In this document: positions 22,359-35,309 of the stretch, in pieces
Numbering within the stretch: position 1 is the stretch's first letter
Layout of the letters: the number at the start of each line of letters is the position of its first letter
Source: Octopus vulgaris
Taxonomy: Eukaryota
Assembly (NCBI GenBank): GCA_951406725.2
Contig: OX597841.1
Span: 13,888,001 to 13,952,000 of the forward strand
Reading direction: 5' to 3'
DNA length: 64,000 nucleotides
Made by a program: the position numbers and the translations under genes
Notes under the pieces: generated by a model
Told to the model about the DNA's origin: nothing
Database searches by the model: none
The model's input: the letters and a program-made list of their open reading frames with translations, nothing else

Positions 22359-23295
22359 GTTTCAAATTTTGTCACAAGGGCAGCAATTTTGGGGGAAGCG
22401 ATAAGTCTTTTTTATTGACCCCAGTATTTCACTGGTACTTAATTTATCGACCCTGAAAGGATGAAAGGCAGAGCTGACCTCAGTGAAATTTGAAATCAGA
22501 ACGTCCAACCCATGCCAGCATGGACAACGGAAGTTAAATGATGATGACGATGACGATGATGAAATGCAAGAATAATCCGAAGTCAGCATCACTATTATCA
22601 TCAACACCACCCCACCCCCACTACCAACACCACCACTCTAATACAGGTGTAATATTAATAATTTACACTTCTTTTCACCTTTTACTCGTTTCAATCAGTA
22701 GACCGTGTCCATGCTGGAGCACCACCTTGCAAGGTTTTTACTAATAAAAATACATATATAATAGTGTAGAAAGATAGAAAATGGTCGTTTACCTCGATGA
22801 ATATGGTAGCTAAGTTTTTAATGCGTGCGTTAGGGTTTCCCGACCAGTCTATGATTCGTTTCGTGAAATCCTCCGTCAGAATAGCTGGCAAAAAACAAAA
22901 AAAAAAGACAATAAAATTAGTGGTTCATTTTTTTTTGAAGGACATCCATAAACATACTACAAACAGGTGGTGCTCCAGCATGGTCTTAATCATCATGGGT
23001 TTAAAAGCTAAAAAACTGAATGATAGCGGGGGTGGAAGATAGGTGAACATTTTAACAAACATCTACTTAAATTGGTACAGGTGTGGCTGTGTGGTAAGAC
23101 GATTGCTTACCAAGCACATGGTTCTGGGTTCAGTCCCACTGCATGACACCTTGGGCAAGTGTCTTCTGCTATGACCTCAGGCTGACTAAAAGCCTTGTGA
23201 GTGGATTTGGTAGACAGAAACTGAAATAAGCCCATAGTGTGTGTATGTATGTGTATGTGTATATATATATATGTGTGTGTATGTATGTGTATGTG

Positions 23296-23340
<45 letters not shown>

Positions 23341-23548
23341 GTGTGTGTGTGTGTGTATATATATATATGTGTGTGTGTGTGTGTATGTATGTAAATATTC
23401 TTACCTTTTTTGGAAGCTGGGGTTATGAGGAACATCAGACAGGTCAAGGCTGATATTAATGTTTCTTCATTAGCACCACTGAAAGATAAGAGTTAATTAA
23501 ACGAATACATAAATATGCACAATAAATTGGTTTTACATCCTCCTTCTT

Positions 23549-23593
<45 letters not shown>

Positions 23594-25540
23594 GAAAATA
23601 ACGAGAGATATTCAGCAACAGTACTTTGAGTAAAGATTGTTTGCCAAGATAACATGGCAGTCCTGGTTTAGGATGAATGTTGCTGTAATTTATCCCCAGG
23701 AGACATTGTCTCCAGCTGGCCATACGACACAATCTGTGTCCTTATATTTTCAAACAAGGGAACCTAGCACCCCTCACTCAGCTCAAAACAATATCTGTGT
23801 ATCACGATTTCTGGGTTATTTCCCTTCATCAGCACAGAATAATAATCGATTGGCTAGAGGTGGCACTGCCAAATTCCTGTTTGAAATATAGAGTTTTCAA
23901 AGTGACAACTAGTCACTGATTTATAAATTAGAAAATTACTATTTCTCTCTCTCTGGTCGGGTAAACATGTACCCCACCACCTACATTTCTGCCTCTCTGT
24001 CACACTCTAACTTTTCATCATCAGACACAAGATCACTTCCTCCAATGCCCTACCCACTCTCAAAGGCTCTTTGTAATCAACTATCCCCCCTCCTCCAAAT
24101 TTCAGGCCTTGTGCCTATAGTAGAAAGGATTGAGCTGACAGAATTGTTAGCACACCGGGTGAAATGCTTAGCGGTATTTCATCTGCTGCTACGTTCTGAG
24201 TTCAAATTCCGCCGAGATCAACTTTGCCTTTCATCCTCAATAAATTAAGTACCAGTTACGCACTGGTGTCAATGTAATTGACATAATCCCTTTGTCCGTT
24301 CTTGTTTGTCCCCTTTGTTTCGCACCCCGTGGGCAATAAAGAAATATATTATTATTATTATTATAGAAGGCGGCGAGCTGGCAGAAACGTTAGCACGCCG
24401 GGCGAAATCCTTAGCGGTATTTCGTCTGCCATTACGTTGTGAGTTCAAATTCCGCCGAGGTCGACTTTGCCTTTCATCCTTTCGGGGTCGATAAATTAAG
24501 TACCAGTTACGCACTGGGGTCGATGTAATCGACTTAATACCTATGTCTGTCCTCTCTGTGTTTAGCCCCTTGTGGGTAATAAAGAAATAGGTATTGCGTA
24601 TGTCATTACATTCTGAGTTCAAATTCCACAGAGATCGATTAAATAAGTACCAGTTACGCACTAATGAGCCAGATGACAGTGTTGAGGTCCAATGTCAGCT
24701 TTGGCAAGGTTTCAATTCCACGCTCTTGGGGCTAATTTTGAGTGTGAATAAAGTTGTGGGCCTTCATAAAGTTCTTATTATCATCATTCAAAACATTCAC
24801 TTTTTCCCAGGTCAGATAAAAATAGGGATCTCCTCTATGAGGTCCAGCATCCTGAGATCAGTTCTCACTACTTCAATCAATTTAGAAAGCAAAAGATACC
24901 ACCCAAACTCTCTCTCTCTCTCTCTCACCTGACATAACACCTGGAATATCAAAAGTGGTGGCCATATTCCACAAAAAAAAAAAGAAAAAAATCAAAAGCA
25001 CACATCCTGTTCCAAAATGTAATTCTGCACCAACGCAAAAGACATTGCTGCACACACATTCAGGAATGCAGAGATGCACCTGAAGACAAACCTGGTGATT
25101 GATATGAATAATATGAATAAAGATAAATGACTCACCTGAGGCAGTGCTTCTTCACAAGATTTACACCGTCGTTTTTGATAATAAACTCCTTGTTTTTCTC
25201 ATCTGAAATGAGATATAAATTTCTTTAAACCCTTATCATTTAAGTAGAAATCAAGCAAATTAAAGGCTTGGGCCGTTCACTCTACGACGCGAATTCCTTG
25301 ACTTGCTTTAATTATCTCCCCTATAAAGGCAAATACTGATTATCTCCCCTGTAATGGTAACTTCTGCTGGAATTCCTACCAGGAATGGGAAAAATTCCAT
25401 AAGGGAAGAAGAAAGAGAAAAAGATGGGATTGGGGAGCGGTCTTGTTTTTTTCTTTTGTAAGCCCAGTACTTATTCTAAGTGACGGGGACATAAACACAC
25501 CAGCATCGCTTGTCAAGCAATGCTAGGGGGACAAACACAG

Positions 25541-25590
<50 letters not shown>

Positions 25591-28500
25591 GACAGGCTTC
25601 TTTCAGTTTCCGTCTACCAAATCCACTCACAAGGCATTGGTCGGCCCGGGGCTATAGCAGAAGACACTTGCCCAAGGTGCAACGCAGTGGGACTGAACCC
25701 GGAACCATGTGGTTGGTTAGCAAGTTACCACACAGCCACTCCTTCTTTACTATTTTACTTGTTTCAGTCATTTGACTGCGGCCATGCTGGAGCACCGCCT
25801 TCAGTCGAGCAGATCGACCCCGGGACTCATTCTTTTTGTAAGCCCAGTACTTATTCTATCGGTCTGTTTTGCCGAACCGCTAAGTTACGGGGACATAAAC
25901 ACACCAGCATCGGTTGTCAAGCAATGCTAGGGGGACAAACACAGACACACAAACACATACATATATACGACGGGCTTCTTTCAGTTTCCGTCTACCAAAT
26001 CCACTCACAAGGCATTGGTCGGCCCGGGGCTATAGCAGAAAACACTTGCCCAAGGTGCCATGCAGTGGGACTGAACCCGGAACCATGTGGTTGGTAGACA
26101 AGCTACTTACCACACAGCGTTTGTTCAGTTTTATTTCAAGATTTCTTGCCAATAGAGAAAGAACTGGTTTCATTGGAATTTTAACATCAACAACAGGGTG
26201 TGTGTGTGTGTATATATGTATGTGTGTGTGCAGATTTGTATGTGTTCTCATGCATATAGCTACATATCTAGGTAGGCTCATATATACTTAAATGCTAAAC
26301 TTCTGGAAAGTTTTACAGATTTTTACAGTTCCGCTGATGGATCGGATCTGTAGTCTTTGAATTAGCTTTCTCCTTTCTGGTTTTAAGAAGCCTAATATCT
26401 CAAGACTGGTGTTTAGGCAGTGTGTTACATATCCCAGGGCCCCAATAATTACAGGTATAAACCTGAACTTGTAATCTGGATAGAGTAACTACAGATTCCT
26501 CAATAGTTCAGCATAGGTATTTTCTTTTTCACTGATCTTCGTATGTATGTATGTATGTGTGTGTATGCACATATTGTGTGTGTGTATTTGATGTATGTCA
26601 GTCTTTGGAATGCAGCCATGCTGGGACAAGGATTTTTTTTTTTTTGGTCAAATTAACTGCTCCCAGTATTTGTCCGTTTGGTCAAACTTTTCAATCATGG
26701 GGAATGTAAACAAACCAATACTGGTAATCAAATGGTTTGGCCAAACACAGAAACAAAGACACACGCATATGAAGTTATGACAGGCTTCTTACAGTTTCCA
26801 GCAACCAAATTCACTCACAAGGCACTGGTTGGACCACCAGTATAATAGAATGTGCCATGCTGGTACCACATAAAAAGTCCCCAGGACACCCATGCTGGTG
26901 ACATGTTGAAGGCACCCATTCTGGTGCCATGCAAAAGGCACCGAGTCCTCTCTGTAAAGTGGTTGGCATTAGGAAGGGCATTAGTATTAGAACTCCTTTT
27001 GTAAGGGATTATGATACTATCCATGTATAAGAAACTCCCATATTTTTTTAACCTAATTTTAGACAAAAAAGGGTTCCTTTTAAACACGTTAAAATATGGT
27101 AATTCCCAAGATCAATATGAGTGAAGCAAAGCCTTGACAGTAGAGCTCCAGCATGGCCAGTCTGACTGTAATGTGCACAAGAATGAAAGCATGAACCACC
27201 CGAATAAGAAGCCTTACCTAAACAGCAATTGCATAAACCTGCAATGGAGAATTCTACCATTTTCTCATCGTTGTCTTCTAATGAATCTGCAACAACAACA
27301 AAAACAATAACTGTGTCGTTAAACATTTAACGAAATGGGGACTTCACCAGCAGCAGAAGCAGCAGCATCGTTGTCAATAGCAATAACAGTCATCATCATC
27401 ATCATCATCATCATCATTGTCGTCCTTACTGACATCACCACCACTGGATGGAAGCACTCCGTCGGTTACGACGACGAGGGTTCCAGTTGATCCGAATCAA
27501 CGGAACAGCCTGCTAGTGAAATTAACGTGCAAGTGGCTGAGCACTCCACAGACACGTGTACCCTTTACGTAGTTCTCGGGGATATTCAGCGTGACACAGA
27601 GAGTGACAAGGCCGGCCCTTTGAAATACAGGTACAACAGAAAGAGGAAGTAAGAGTGAAAGAAAGTTGTGGTGAAAGAGTACAGCAGGGATCACCACCAT
27701 CCCCTGCCGGAGCCTCGTGGAGCTTTCAGATGTTTTCGCTCAGTAAACACTCACAACGCCCGGTCTGGGAATCGAAACCGCGATCCTACGACCGCGAGTC
27801 CGCTGCCCTAACCACTGAGCCGTTGCGCCTCCACATCACCACCACCAGCACAACCATCGTCACCACCATTAACCGTCCAAGAATTTGGACCTGGAGATCT
27901 TCCAGGGTCACCTCCCAGTGGTATCGGGCGTCAACGAAGAGCCCTCGACTACAACAAGACGACCAAAGTTTTTTTTTCCAATGTCTGGGGTCTCCTGCCT
28001 CTAAGCCCTAGACCATCACCTAATCACCCTTACCCATCTTGCTGCTTAACAACAATAGCCACCACCCTCCTCATAACCTTATGGCTGAGAGGTAAACTTA
28101 ACCACACAGCTACGGTGGCACATAAAAAGCACCATCTGAACGGGATCGATGCCAGTGCCGCATGACTGACTCCTGTGGCACATAAAAAGCAGCATCCAAA
28201 CGTAATGGATGCCAGCCCCCACCAACTGGCTCCCATGCCTGTGACAGGTAGAAAGCACCCGCTACGCTCTCTGAGTGGTTGGCATTTAGGAAAGGCATCC
28301 AGCTGTAGAAACTCTGCCAGATCAAGATTGGAGCCTGGTGCAGTCTTCTGGCTTTGCCAGTCTTCAGTCAAACCGTCCAACCCATGCCAGCATGGAAAGT
28401 GGACGTTAAATGATGATGATGATGGTGATGACAAGAATGACAATGACGATGATGATAATGATGGTGATGATGAGAACAGCAATGACAACAACAATGATGA

Positions 28501-29025
28501 TGATGATGATGATGATGATGTAACCATGGTAAAGTGAATGTTAAAATGATAGTGGTGGTGGTGAGGAGGTGGAGGAGGATGGTGATGATAATGGTGATGA
28601 TGGTGGTGGCAGTGACGATGATGATGATGATGATGATGATGTAGACGGCCCAGATTACAGCAGTGACTCTAAAGAACAAACAGAACAATGCCAATGTTGT
28701 TCTCACACACAACCTTGACCTGACCTGATCATCTGAAATCTGAGTTATCTTGGCCTAACCCAGATCTAACATAACACACCTGCTGTTACACACACACACA
28801 CATCCGAAACCATACTATTTGAAAGGACAACGTCTTGTCGTATCACACACACACATACCTGTATGTGTGTATCATCTTCAGTATTTATTTGCAATTGACG
28901 GATGTTCGTCCTCATCTTGCTTGTTGTTAACACGTTTCGGCTGATATACCCTCCAGCCTTCTTCAGGTGTCTTGGGGAAATTTCGAACCTGGGTTCTCAT
29001 TCCTGAGGTAATTTTCGATATATAA

Positions 29026-29071
<46 letters not shown>

Positions 29072-31683
29072 ATATGTTACATTACTCGATAGTCAAGATA
29101 AAACTCTGAGTTTCAGATGCCGAAGTGGGAATCCACAACACCATCTCTTCGGTTATCTGGCTATAATAGCCAGATAACCGAAGAGATGGTGTTGTGGATT
29201 CCCACTTCGGCATCTGAAACTCAGAGTTTTATCTTGACTATTGAGTATTTGTAACATATTATTTTACAGATAAATTTCCTCTATTTACATAATATTGAGG
29301 TCTCTTTCTTTCTTTTGTTATCTTACCGTTTTACCAATATATATATATATATAAAATAGGCATGGCTGTGTGATAAGAAGCTTGCTTCACAACCACATGG
29401 TTCTGGGTTCAATCCACTGTGTTGGTCAAACCATCCAACTCAATGAACAATGGACATTAAATGATAATGATGCTGATGGGAAGGTGTTTGACCTTGTGGT
29501 TAAGGTGTTGCGCTGACAATCTAGCAACCGTGAGTTCAATTCCTGGACCAGGCAGCACATTGCATACTTGAGCAAGATACTTCCTTTCCCATTACAGCAG
29601 TCCACTCAGCCGTAAAAGGGTAAATTCATAGTGGATTTCCGTACAAGGAAGACCCATCAAGCCAAGTAAAACCACAGTCGTGGCAGATGCCAGTGTCCTG
29701 CAAATGGCACCCATGCCAGTGGCATGTAAGAGCACCCATTACACTCTCAAAGTGGGTGGCGTTAGGAAGGGCATCTAGCTGTAGAAAACCATGCCAAATC
29801 AGACTGGAGTCTGGTGCAACCTTCCATCTTGCCAGCTCTGGTGAAACCGTCCAACCCATGCTAGCATGGAAAACGGACGTTAAATGATGATGATGATGAT
29901 GAAGAAATTTCTACTTACCAAGAAACAAATCCAAGATATTGAGTTGGCGAAAGAAACCATAGTTTAGGGGGTCGTAGCCAAAATTAGCGAGGTTGGCAAG
30001 AATTTCTTTCTTAGCATCTGAAAAGAGATATTTCAGGCATGACTCATTGCATTTTAAGGATTTTAAGGGTTCAACAGGGTTTCAGGGTCCACATGGATTT
30101 TTGGGGAATCTTTAGATTTTGAGGGTGTCAGTGGATTTTAGGGGTGCATTGGTGTACACAAGAAAACCCGCCCAACACTATAGAGTTTATATCCTAAAAC
30201 CAAGGTACCATGTAAAAAGCAGTGGTGATGGTTCCACAGAAAAAGCACTTGGCGATCCTTCGGTGTTGGTATATATAAAAAAATAATAATTTTACGGAAA
30301 GTGACGATCTTCTTCAAATGTAAACAAATACACGTGACGTAAATGGGACTCATATCGAAAGAATGCCTGGCGATCCTTCGGTGTTGGTATGATTAAAGTG
30401 AAAATGAAAATCGGCAATTTCCGTAAAAAATTACTTCCTAAATTTTATACATACGTACATGCACATAAACAGATATATATACATATACTATTTGAAAAAT
30501 CTATCAACACAATCGTACTTTACATCCTCGGAAACGTATCACTGGAAAACCTCATTTAAAAGAAAATACACTGTTTGGAAAGATATGAGGCCGCGGGGTC
30601 CCAAACTGTAGTTATGCCCTTTGCATATTTGATTGATGTTTCTAACACGTTGGGCGGTAAAATTTATAACACACACGTACACAACTACGCATACGTGAAA
30701 CACATACAAATACACAGCCAGAGTGTAACACACAGGGAAACACACACGTAAATATGTAGTCAACATTATTATTCCAGTGTGTGTGTAATGCGTTAATGTT
30801 TATGTACGTGCTTGGGCGAACAAAGAATACGTATTTCTTTACTACCCACAAGGGGCTAAACACAGAGGGGACAAACAAGGACAGACAAACGGATTAAGTC
30901 GATCATATCGACCCCAGTGCGTAACTGGTACTTATTTAATCGACCCCGAAAGGATGAAAGGCAAAGTCGACCTCGGCGGAATTTGAACTCAGAACGTAAC
31001 GGCAGACGAAATACCTCTAAGCATTTCGCCAGGCGCGCTAACGTTTCTGCCAGCTCGCCGCCTTTGGGATACAAACATAGACAGAAAGACATGCATATAT
31101 GGTGGGCTTCTTTCAGTTTCCATCTACCAAATCCACTCACAAGAATACGGGTATTACTTAAGAAGAGTGGCCTCGGTGCGCGCACTCGCGCTAGCTAGTC
31201 GTGACTAGTCGATCCTACAACGACTACCTAGCAGAGTAAATAAAACACAAAATAAATAATTTTTTTACACAAAGTAGAGTAAATAAAACACAAAGGATCG
31301 ACTAGTCATGACTAGCTAGCGCGAATGCGCGAGTACCAGAATATGTACAACCGGTGGTTAGGGTTAGGGCCTTAGTTTAGGGTTTTTGTTACGCCGAAAA
31401 CCCGGTGGTGTGCGTATTCTTTACCTCTGACTCTGTGTGTGTGTGTGTGTGTGTGTAATGCGTTTATGTTTGTGCAGGTGTATTACTCTTTACTCTCTTT
31501 TACTTGTTTCAGTCATCTGACTGTGGCCATGCTGGAGCACCGCCTTTAGTCGAGCAAATCGACCCCGGGACTTATTCTTTGTAAGCCCAGTACTTATTCT
31601 ATCGGTCTCTTTTGCCGAACCGCTAAGTGACGGGGACGTAAACACACCAGCATCGGTTGTCAAGCAATGCTAGGGGGACAAAT

Positions 31684-31714
<31 letters not shown>

Positions 31715-32096
31715 CATATATATGACGGGCTTCTTTCAGTTTCCGTCTACCAAATCCACTCACTTTGGTCGGCCCGGGGCTATAGCGGAAGACACTTGCC
31801 CAAGATGCCACGCAGTGGGACTGAACCCGGAACCATGTGGTTGGTAAACAAGCTACTTACCACACAGCCACTCCTGCGCCTATAATGTGGGTACGTGTGG
31901 GTTAATGTGTTAATGTTTGTGTATGTGTGTGTCTGTGTGGGGCGCGTGTAATGTGTTGGAGTCTGTGTTGTGGATGTTGTTGTTTACCGTCGGATGTTGT
32001 CTCTTCGAACTCTGTCACCAACGACTGCAGATAACTGAGACGACCAACGCCATATTCACCCGTTTTCTTCCTCAAATATTCCTCCGAACTAAACAT
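22249..32096 (-). CDS. ARMC7: Armadillo repeat-containing protein 7 homolog, complete spliced CDS
   Basis: complement join(32096-31988,30017-29919,27286-27218,25202-25136,23478-23405,22884-22793,22311-22249) = 573 nt, 190 aa + stop; [44 protein letters not shown] and [12 protein letters not shown] match ARMC7. Confidence 0.93.
22793..22884 (-). CDS. ARMC7: ARMC7 exon 6
   Basis: [31 protein letters not shown]; gccag| and |gtaaac. Confidence 0.88.
23405..23478 (-). CDS. ARMC7: ARMC7 exon 5
   Basis: [25 protein letters not shown]; tttcag| and |gtaaga. Confidence 0.9.
24367..24660 (+). mobile_element. tRNA-derived SINE family B plus partial second unit
   Basis: ggcgagctggcagaaacgttagc head, gagttcaaattcc B box, gcctttcatcctttcggggtcgataaa core; other copies near 12220(-), 13158, 19110, 30832(-), 39251, 59131. 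Confidence 0.85.
25136..25202 (-). CDS. ARMC7: ARMC7 exon 4
   Basis: [22 protein letters not shown]; tttcag| and |gtgagt. Confidence 0.88.
26288..26540 (-). mobile_element. C-terminal fragment of a restriction-like-endonuclease non-LTR retrotransposon
   Basis: Minus-strand translation [31 protein letters not shown] with an in-frame stop. Confidence 0.65.
27218..27286 (-). CDS. ARMC7: ARMC7 exon 3
   Basis: [23 protein letters not shown]; ttgcag| and |gtaagg. Confidence 0.92.
27447..27832 (-). mobile_element. tRNA-derived SINE family D
   Basis: Head ggctcagtggttagggcagcggactcgc...ggtttcgattccc followed by ~300 bp of non-tRNA body. Confidence 0.75.
29065..29266. repeat. Near-perfect palindrome (~100-bp arms) between (TA)n tracts; each arm has a hammerhead-like motif
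   Basis: Centre ctat-a-atag at 29161-29169; only a few mismatches, all in the outer arms. Confidence 0.92.
29919..30017 (-). CDS. ARMC7: ARMC7 exon 2
   Basis: [33 protein letters not shown]; ttttcag| and |gtaagt. Confidence 0.94.
31988..32096 (-). CDS. ARMC7: ARMC7 exon 1
   Basis: [36 protein letters not shown]; donor |gtaaac. Confidence 0.92.
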
Positions 32097-32444
32097 CGCG
32101 GGCTTGAAATAAACGATAGGGAGAAAGACAGACCGAAGAAGCGGTGGATGAAGGAATAAAATTACAGAGGAAGAGAGACGGAGGGAAGGAAAGACTGGAG
32201 GAAGTCCTGATGAACACATGCGTGCGAAACAGTCTTAATGGCGGAACAGAGTTCCGGTTTAGCAGTTGTTTATTTCGATGGTTCATCAAAGTATGGAAGC
32301 AACGAAGGGAAACAATGTCTTTTGTATCGCTTAATATACAGTGCCGAACGGATTATCTGGCTTCCAAGACTCCAGGAGTATTGTGCAATATCGTGCAATA
32401 ATGCTGTGCACCGTGTTGAGTAAACAGACTCTGTTTTTGAAGTT

Positions 32445-33027
32445 GGGAGCTGGCAGAAACGTTAGCACGCCGGGCGAAGTGCGTAGCCGTATTTCGCCTG
32501 CCGTTACGTTCTGAGTTCAAATTCCGCCGAGGTCGACTTTGCCTTTCATCCTTTCGGGGTCGATTAAATAAGTACCAGTTACGCACTGGGGTCGATGTAA
32601 TCGACTTAATACCTATGTCTGTCCTTGTTTGTCCCCTCTGTGTTTAGCCCCTTGTGGGTAATAAAGAAATAGAAATAGGTATTTCGTCTGCCGTTACGTT
32701 CAGAGTTCAAATTCCGCCGAGGTCGACTTTGCCTTTCATCCTTTCAGGGTCAATAAATTAAGTACCAGTTACGCACTGGGGTCGATGTAATCGACTTAAT
32801 CCCTTTGTCTGTCCTTATTTGTCCTCTCTGTGTTTAGCCCCTTGTGGGTAGTAAAGAAATAGGCATTTCGTCAGCTACTATGTTCTGAGGTCGACTTTGC
32901 CTTTCATCCTTTCACAGTCAATTGAATAAGCCCCAGTTAAGCACTGGGGTCGATATAATCGACTTAATCCCTTTGGCTGTCCTTGCTTGTCCCCTCTATG
33001 TTTAGCCCCTTGCGGGCAATAAAGAAA
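32445..33027 (+). mobile_element. SINE family B head-to-tail trimer
   Basis: Units restart at gtatttcg near 32489, 32678 and 32862. Confidence 0.82.
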
Positions 33028-33720
33028 TATATAATATATATGATGGGCTTCTTTCAGTTTCCATCTATCAAATCCACTCCTATGGCTTTGGTCAGCCCGA
33101 GGCAATAGCAGAAGACACTTGCCCAAGGTGTCACACTGGGACTGAACCCAGAACCATGTGGTTGGGAAAGCAAGCTTCTTACCACATAATCATTTTGTGA
33201 AGTTTCCTATAGCACTTTTGCTAGTTCGTATGTCTTTATCTTTGAGTTTCTTGTAGTGACCAGTTAAGAAGGCCTCTTCTACTATAGCCTCGGGCTGACC
33301 AAAGCCTTGTGAGTGGATTTGGTAGACGGAAACTGAAAGAAGCCTGTCGTATATATGTATATAGATATGTATGTGTGTGTGTATGTTTGTGTGTCTGTGT
33401 TTGTCCCCCAAGCATTGCTTGACAACCGATGCTGGTGTGTTTACGTCCCTGTCACTTAGCGGTTCGGCAAAAGAGATCCATAGAATAAGTACTGGGCTTA
33501 CAAAAGAATAAGTCCCGGGGTCGAGTTGCTCGACTAAAGGCGGTGCTCCAGCATGGCCGCAGTCAACTGACTGAAACAAGTGAAAGAGTATGTGGGCAAT
33601 GACAACATCCACAGCAATGATGTAGTGCTCAACATGCTTGTTGTAAGCAGAGAGCTCAGACCACCATACCTGTGTGTGTGTGTGTGTGTGTGTGCGCATG
33701 CCTGTGTGTATGTATGTATG

Positions 33721-33751
<31 letters not shown>

Positions 33752-34106
33752 TTTGGTTGAGTCACTGCCTTGCTAGTCTCAGGTTTCACCTCTATGTTCA
33801 CAAGGTCATCAAGAAAGTCCTGGTACGTTCCTGTCGGCCTCGCAAACATACAAGTGAAACATGAGTGACAAGAGAAAATATAAAACAGGCACAGGTGTGG
33901 CTGAGTGGTAAGTAGCTTGCTTACGAACCACATGGTTCCAGGTTCAGTTCCACTGCGTGACACCTTAGGCAAGTGTCTTCTACTATAGCCTCAGGCTGAC
34001 CAAAATCTAGTACAGCGGTTTCACTATGGAATGGTGAAACTATTTTTTTCATTTTCTGAAAAAGAAACATTTTGGACTTACAAGACATTTGCATAATAGC
34101 GACAAT

Positions 34107-34241
<135 letters not shown>

Positions 34242-34916
34242 ATATATATATTTACATTAGCAAGTCCAACTTCCACGGAGTACAAACAGCAGAGAAAGTT
34301 AAAGGTCAATTGAAATCCGTGTAATTTGGAAAACTTGATGTAAATATTTATATCACGTAAATGTAAACATTCATATTATGTATATACTCATAAATTCATC
34401 CTCTGACTGTTTCCACTCTCTGCTTTCTTTGGACTTATGCCTCAGAGAGGGAACTTTCTAGGTGCAATCCCATGGTCATTCATGACTGAAGAGGGTCTTT
34501 ACCCTTCACCCTATATAAATATAGGAAGGGCATCCAGCTGTAGAAACACTGCCAGATCTGACTGGGCCTGGTGCAGCCTTCCGGCTTCCCAGACCCCAGT
34601 TGAACCGTCCAACCCATGCTAGCATGGAAAGCAGATGTTAAACGATGATGATGATGATGATATCTATGTGTGTGTGTTTATATATATAGTCAATGTCATC
34701 TGGGTAATAACCTCATAATGTGCACTTCAAAGTTCCTATACAGTTATCGGCTACCTTATGTCATCATGCTGCATAGTTTTTCTTTGAGCTGGATAAACAT
34801 GTGAAACTCCACCAGTGGATAGAATTTACATAAAATTTTATACAAGAAAATGCTTTAAGAGCAGCCAACCTGGTAGAGCGCTGGCACACAACTGTTGCTG
34901 AATCATACTTATGTAA

Positions 34917-35309
34917 TCTATATATATATAAAGCTGAAGTTATCTGTGTATGGCAGGTTTGGTAGCCTTCAACTAACACTATCTCCTCCGAGACCCTGCG
35001 GAGCAAGTTGACCAAAATTGAGAGTATGATAGAAGAAGGCTTGCTCTTCCTTCCGTAGAAGAAAAAAATTCAAATCAGACCATGTTAACACAAAAAATTA
35101 TTTACATCAAAAAGGTGCTTTTTTTCTATGAAAATCCCTATTTTTTATGATTTTTTGACTGCTGTGTTGCCATTTTTCGGTGTATTTCAACCAGAAAAAT
35201 GTTCACTTAAAGAGAAAAACAAGCTACAAAATGCAAAATTTTTACTTTTCAAAAATTCCAATTCTTAAGGGTCGGAACAAACCTTAGCAATGCCGGGCGA
35301 TACTGCTAG
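34917..35309 (+). mobile_element. Non-autonomous Helitron
   Basis: A|TC start, gcaatgccgggcgatactg-CTAG|T end; same family as 17370-17749. Confidence 0.82.
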
